In this document: positions 57,824 to 64,000 of the stretch, piece by piece
Numbering within the stretch: the stretch's first letter is position 1
Layout: the number at the start of each line of letters is the position of its first letter
Assembly: GCA_033442325.1 (NCBI GenBank)
Contig: JAWQFM010000010.1
Coordinates: 941,727-1,005,726, forward strand
DNA length: 64,000 nt
Origin: Salpingoeca rosetta
Lineage: Eukaryota > Protista > Choanoflagellata
Reading direction: 5' to 3'
Position numbers and translations under genes: made by a program
The notes under the pieces: model-generated
Told to the model about the DNA's origin: nothing
The model's input: the letters and a program-made list of their open reading frames with translations, nothing else
The model's database searches: none

Positions 57824-58493
57824 ATGGCTGGTGGCGAGGGCAAGTTCTCGTGCACGCAGGCAGCGCTGTCAGTGCTTGAATATGACACGCTCAAGACGGT
57901 GCACATCAAGAGCAAGAAGGTACGCTGCAGTTGCTGTGAATGGTGGTTGTGCATGATGTTGCAGTGGGAGTGCCTGGGCTGTCGTTGTTGCGTGTTTGCG
58001 ACACGTGCGTGCATTTTCACGTGCGTGTCACACACGTGCCACATGTGCTGTTGTTTCCCCATGCCACACTGGCTTGCATTGGCAGGTCGGGTTGATCTTC
58101 CGCATCCTCCAGCTTGTCATTCTCGGATACATCATCGGCTACGCCATCATTTGGCAGAAAGGCAAGTGTCGGCATGGAGTGCCTCCAAGCTGTGTCTGCG
58201 TGTACTGAGATGGTGCTTACGTAGTGCTGCTGCTGCGGCATCTTTTGTGTCATTCGTTAGGTTATCAAGCCGCAGACCAAGCTGTGAGTACCGTGTACTC
58301 GAAGGTGAAAGGCGTTGCCGTCACCTGCAATGACCTCAACGTCACCTCCATCCGAAACTGCAGTGACAGCGACATTCGCGTTTGGGACACGGTCAGTGAG
58401 GTCATGTGTGGTTGTACAAACGCGTGTGTTTGCGGGGGCGCGTACGTGCACGTGTGCGTGTGCGTGTGCATATGGCAACAGTGTATGCCTGTT

Positions 58494-58531
<38 letters not shown>

Positions 58532-60100
58532 CTCTCTGTGCCTTCCTTTGAAGCTCACTCAACGATCGACTGTGATATGTCTTGTTGCCAGGCCGACTAC
58601 GTGATCCCGCCTCAAGAATCCAATGCGGCCTTCATCGTCACCAACTCAGTGCAGACCAGTAACCAGACACAGCAACCAGGGGGCTGGCCTGAGGATCCAG
58701 ATGCTAGCACCAAGGGCTCCCAGCGCGCATACACTTGCGAGTACGTTCCTCTCAACTTCATTTGGGCCTGCATGCTTGGGACCGGAAGTTGAGAGCGGTT
58801 GCGTGTCTTGGAAGTTGGGATGAATTCTTTGTAAGGGTCGTTGCTTGCAAGCACGTGTAACACACTCACACAACACATACCCAAATGCGTCATTGTGGTC
58901 CATGTTTTGCAGAAAGAACGCAGACTGCGAGGCCGTCAGATTCTCGCCATCGCGCAACGGCGCCGTGTCCGGCAAATGCGACCTGGCCACCAAACGATGC
59001 ATGTATGTGCGCACGTGCTGCTTCTGTCGTGTGTGTGTGTATGCATGTGTGTGTGTGTGCATGTGCATGTGTGTATAAATATGTGTGTGTGTGAGTGGGC
59101 GTGCGTTCGTGTGTGCATCAATGTGTGTGTGTGTGTGTGGTGGGTGTGTGTGTGTGTGTGGGGGGGGGGGGGTGTAATCCATGACTTGACTTGAGACTCA
59201 ACTGCCATGTTTCACTGTCATCGTTCACCGTACAGGGTGTATGGATGGGGCCCCGTTGAGTTGTCGAAGGACGATGATGCATCGCAGGTCCTCGGTTATC
59301 CGCGACAAATGCCGCAGTCAGTACCATCCGCACATTCGTGCATGTACATTTGCGTGTGTGAGCATGTGCATTTGTTGCGCCTGCACCTTTGAGTGCTTGC
59401 GGGTGTGGTGTCTGTTGACCATACACATGATACTCCAAAAGCATCTGGCTTACGCTCTCTCTGCGTGTGTGCCCACGCTTGGTCAGGGTGAAGAACTTTA
59501 CCATGTTTATCAAGAACACCATCTTCTTCCCACACTTTCAGCGCAAGTTTGGGAACACAGGTGAGAGCCGTGTACTTGCGCTTCTGCACGACTGCTCAGC
59601 CATCATCAACGTTTTGTCTCTGCATCAGGTTTTAAGTTCAACACACACACACACACACACGCACACACGCACACACACAAAAGCACACACACACGCACGC
59701 ACACACACACACACAAAAGCACACACAAAAGCACACACACACACACGCACACACACACAAAAGCACGCACACACACACACACAAAAGCACACACACACTA
59801 TCTCCCTCCTCATTCACAGCCCGCCACACACATGCACAACCACACACACTCTCATGTCCCATGACCCCATGGCTCCGTGTGTAATGACATCAGGTCTTGG
59901 CAACAGCAGCGCGTCGTACTTGAAGAGCTGTCTCTGGAATGAGTCCACAGACCGCTACTGCCCCGTCTTCCGCATCGAAGACATCCTCAGCGCTGCAGGT
60001 GCGCCGGTTGTGATGCTCGTGATCGTGTATGTGTGTGGGTGTGTATGTGTGTGGGTGTGTGGGTGTGTGCGTGTGTGTGCGTGTGTGTGCGTGTGTGCGT

Positions 60101-60148
<48 letters not shown>

Positions 60149-60643
60149 GGTGGGGGAAAAGTCCCTACTTGGGTGGTCTTTTAGGGAAGGCGTGTCGTCG
60201 TTTTATTTGGGTTACTTTTTACAAAAGTATATGTGACCAAGGTAGTCAAAAAGGAGAGTTAGAGACGGACACCCGCGAGGCTCGCCCAGCGCGGCTGCGA
60301 TGCTGAAGATTAGNNNNNNNNNNNNNNNNNNNNNNNNNNNNNNNNNNNNNNNNNNNNNNNNNNNNNNNNNNNNNNNNNNNNNNNNNNNNNNNNNNNNNNN
60401 NNNNNNNNNNNNNNNNNNNNNNNNNNNNNNNNNNNNNNNNNNNNNNNNNNNNNNNNNNNNNNNNNNNNNNNNNNNNNNNNNNNNNNNNNNNNNNNNNNNN
60501 NNNNNNNNNNNNNNNNNNNNNNNNNNNNNNNNNNNNNNNNNNNNNNNNNNNNNNNNNNNNNNNNNNNNNNNNNNNNNNNNNNNNNNNNNNNNNNNNNNNN
60601 NNNNNNNNNNNNNNNNNNNNNNNNNNNNNNNNNNNNNNNNNNN

Positions 60644-60720
<77 letters not shown>

Positions 60721-60989
60721 GTGGGTGCCGTTTCTGCGCACTGCACACAAGATTCCTTGTTTCGGGATGTTCACTCCTCCTTGGCGATGTGTGGGCGCAC
60801 GCCATGGCTCTTTCTGCAGGTGTGAAGAGCTTCGAGCAAGACGTGATGATGGCTGGCGCCGTGATCACCGTCCAGATCCGGTACGTGACCACTTGATCTA
60901 CTCAACACAGCTGCTCGGCAACGACGCGTGACACTCGTCTGCATTCCATCCACTCACCTCACGATCACATTCACGATCACATTCACACA

Positions 60990-61044
<55 letters not shown>

Positions 61045-62298
61045 ACATGACCGCAGGTACGACTGCAACCTGGACAAGAACGTCGAGACGTGTGCACCAG
61101 AGTACCGCTTCACGCGTATTGATGAGCCAAACAACACCGTACGTCCACGCACGAGGGCACATGTGTGCATGTGTGTGTGAATGTGTTTGCCACGTCACAT
61201 CATAGTAGCTCTTGCCCGGGTTGTTTTCAACACCATATTTCACCGACTTAACTTCTGCGCGTGTCATGTCACATCACATCAAACAATGCAGCTGTCCAAC
61301 GGCTTCAACTTCCGGTTTGCACGTTACGCAATTGGCGAAGTCCCAAGCCGTGATCTCTACAAAGTTTACGGTGCGGAACTCGGTATCTGCTCGTGTGTAT
61401 TTGGCGTGTGTGCACGCGCTGTGTACGTCGTGGTGTGCATGTGTGCGTATGTGCGTATGTGTGTGTGTGCACTGCTCTGTTTTGATCTGGTTGTGCGTTT
61501 TGCTTGTTTTCCTTGCTTGTCCAACTCACCACGCTCCACAATCGCCTGTCCAGGTTTGAGATTTGTCTTCATCGTCAGTGGAACCGCCGGCAAATTCGAC
61601 TTTGTTCCTCTTCTCGTCACCTTCGGTTCAGGTAGGCGCGCACATGGCTGTGTGTATGTGCGTGTGTGTGCGTGTGTGTGCGTGCTTGTGCGTGTATGTG
61701 CGTGTATGTGTGTGAATGTGTGTGAATGTGTGTGAATGTGTGTGAATGTGTGTGTATGCGTGTGTGTATGTGTGTGTATGCAGCACTGTACATCATTCTG
61801 TCTGTTGCACCACACAAACGCCATGGCTGCTCACACCGCCCATCATTGCCACCATCATCCCCAAGGTCTTGGCCTGCTCAGTCTCGCCACGATTGTTGCT
61901 GATCTGCTGGTAACCAAGTGCCTCAGGAACGCCGAGTTCTACTATGACCGCAAGTATGAGATTGTGAACGAGGACGAGGTGGAAGGAGAAGCAATCAACG
62001 TCACTATCAGGCAAAAGGTTTGTCGATGCATGACACTACGTGAATGAGAGATGAAGGAAAACATATTTGTATGTGAATGTGCAAGTGTACGCACATGTGC
62101 CAGTGTATGAATATACGGGCTCCTCCATGTGTGTATGTGCATGTGTGCATGTGTGTGTGTGTGCATGTGTGCGTGTGTGCGATACCATGCGCGCGCTGCA
62201 TCTCCGTCTCTGCGCAATACGTAGCACTCACGTGGCCGTATGAACACCGTGTGCTGTCGCCATCACAGCCGGAGGAGGATACGCCCCTGCTGCACTGA
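57824..62298 (+). CDS. P2X: P2X receptor (ATP-gated cation channel)
   Basis: EYDTLK (YxTxK), TM1 [88 protein letters not shown]...[12 protein letters not shown]2 [15 protein letters not shown] and YYDRK. Stop at 62296-62298. Confidence 0.96.
60314..60643. other. Assembly gap (N run) inside a P2X intron
   Basis: N run. The P2X frame ILSAAG|VKSFEQ is continuous across it. Confidence 0.98.
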
Positions 62299-62678
62299 CG
62301 CCGCAACACGGCGCACCGCCTGCAGCTCATCCGTTTTCCGCACCTTCCCTCTTGTCGTTGTCCCCGCTTCATTTTCGCTTTTTCACCCTTCTCTCCCCCA
62401 ATGTTCATACCCTCTTTCGATGTCAACCCCAGCTTGCCTCGACTTGCTCATCCTTATCTTGGCGCATGATTGTTCAGAAAGCCCCACACGTTTACTTTTC
62501 CCTCAAACACTCAGCAGACACACAGCAAACACACAGACACACATTACACGCACGCACGTAAGCACAACCAATCACAAGCAAGCAATGACGCCACGGCTGT
62601 TTGATTTCCTTCACGTGTGCCATTGCATTGTTATTCCCTCGCATAAACACACCCGCACGCTTGCATGTGCGCGTGTGC

Positions 62679-62857
62679 TCACAGATCCGCGGCCACATCC
62701 ATTCCAGGTGCACCCGTTGTTGCTTCCCGCTGTTGCATGCGAGCCATCAACCCACACACAACACGTGAGCGTCAGTGCAGACGAATGCGATGGACAGCTG
62801 TAAACAGAAACTGTTGCAACCGGGCACGCATGGATTTCACACACACACACACACACG

Positions 62858-62951
<94 letters not shown>

Positions 62952-64000
62952 CTCTCTCTCTCTCTCTCTCTCTCTAAACACACACACACACACATACACA
63001 CGAACAAACACGTGATCATGTAGACACACCTTGACGTCTTCCCAGCGCCTGAACAGCTCCCCAGAATTGTGGATGGTCGACAGCAGCGACGTGAACCCAG
63101 GCGACTTGTCTGAAGGCGGGTGGAAGAGGGGGGGGGGAGCACACGAGTGTGTCGCGTGCAGTTGTGTGAGTGAGTGAGTGAGTGTGTGTGTGTGTGTGTG
63201 TGTGTGCAAGTGTTGTTGCTGAGACAGCAAAATCGCCAGAAGCAGGGTGCGCGTGCTCTCACCGCTGCCTGGAAGGGCATTGAGGGCATACACGCAGGAA
63301 ATGCACACGCGCTTGACTTCGTCCAGCTTGTCAATCTCCTGTTTCGTCGCCTTCTTCTCCGGCTGCTCAACAATGCGTGCACACATGCGTGTGCAAGGAC
63401 ACGCGGTCAGAACGCTGACTACAGACAAAGTACACAGCAGTCTTACCCACAAGCAAACAAAAGCAAGCCAGCACACACACCACACACACCACACACACCA
63501 CACACACACGCGCGCACGCGCACGCACACACACACACACACACGCGCGCACGCACACACAGAGAGCACAGACACAGACACAGACACACCACACATCACAC
63601 ACACACCACAGTGCACACACACACACACACACCGCGTTTGTGAGGACGCTGCCGAGGACTTGTGCGATTTCGTCGAGTTTGGAGAGAAGCAGCTCCGGCA
63701 CGCGCTTGCATGCCTTCATCAGAATCAGGTTGGACAGGATCTAACGATGCACGAACATGAACAGGCGCACAAACACATGTTGGCAGCGATGGTCAGCGAT
63801 GTTGTCGTACTCTGACTTGGTGCACACATATGCTCTGCATGTACATTGACACACTAACATACACACACGCACGCACACACGCACACACAATGTACCTGAA
63901 TGTCGTGGTCATCGGAGAGGCCTTGCAGGATGTGGCTGAGGAAGGTGGAGAACACAAGACGCTCTGGGCACGTCTCCAGGAGAAGATACAGGCACTCATA
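62679..64000 (-). CDS. CAND1: CAND1 (TIP120) 3' exons; gene continues beyond the window
   Basis: YECLYLLLETC.ERL..FLSHILQGLSDDHDIQ, LLSKLDEI, KKATKQEIDKLDEVKR and DKSPGF match the TIP120 C-terminal domain. Last exon ...GAPGMDVAADL* is tentative. Confidence 0.85.

Noticed and set aside
60150-60313. Atypical sequence before the second gap
   Set aside because: It sits between a (TG)n tract and an N run, so it is most likely a low-quality read end. No recognisable ORF or terminal repeats.

Overview
Eukaryotic, intron-rich, gene-dense genomic DNA whose introns are packed with (CA/TG)n, (TACA)n, (GTT)n and (GAT)n microsatellites. Style and gene content are most consistent with a choanoflagellate such as Salpingoeca rosetta (inference). 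Most ORF-track entries are microsatellite or N-gap artefacts, so I rebuilt gene models by hand from splice sites. Eleven spliced genes are supported: a CINP-like 3' end (+), an HSD17B12-like SDR ketoacyl-CoA reductase (-), IFT144/WDR19 (+), a signal-peptide sulfotransferase (-), a SAM-less SAMHD1-like dNTPase (-), a SEPT3/9-group septin with an N-terminal EF-hand-like extension (+), a (6-4) photolyase/animal-like cryptochrome (-), a long coiled-coil protein with two RIMBP-type SH3 domains (+), a SEC14/CRAL-TRIO protein (-), a P2X receptor (+) and the 3' end of CAND1 (-). Both N gaps fall in introns. Best leads: a ~420-bp compositionally foreign segment where IFT144 coding sequence is missing; a CraCRY-like distal Tyr in the photolyase/cryptochrome; an EF-hand-septin fusion; paired disulfide loss plus a lysosomal dileucine motif in P2X; and a RIMBP-like scaffold. 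No rRNA, tRNA, CRISPR array or recognisable transposon was seen. All comparisons with named homologues are from recalled sequences, not database searches.
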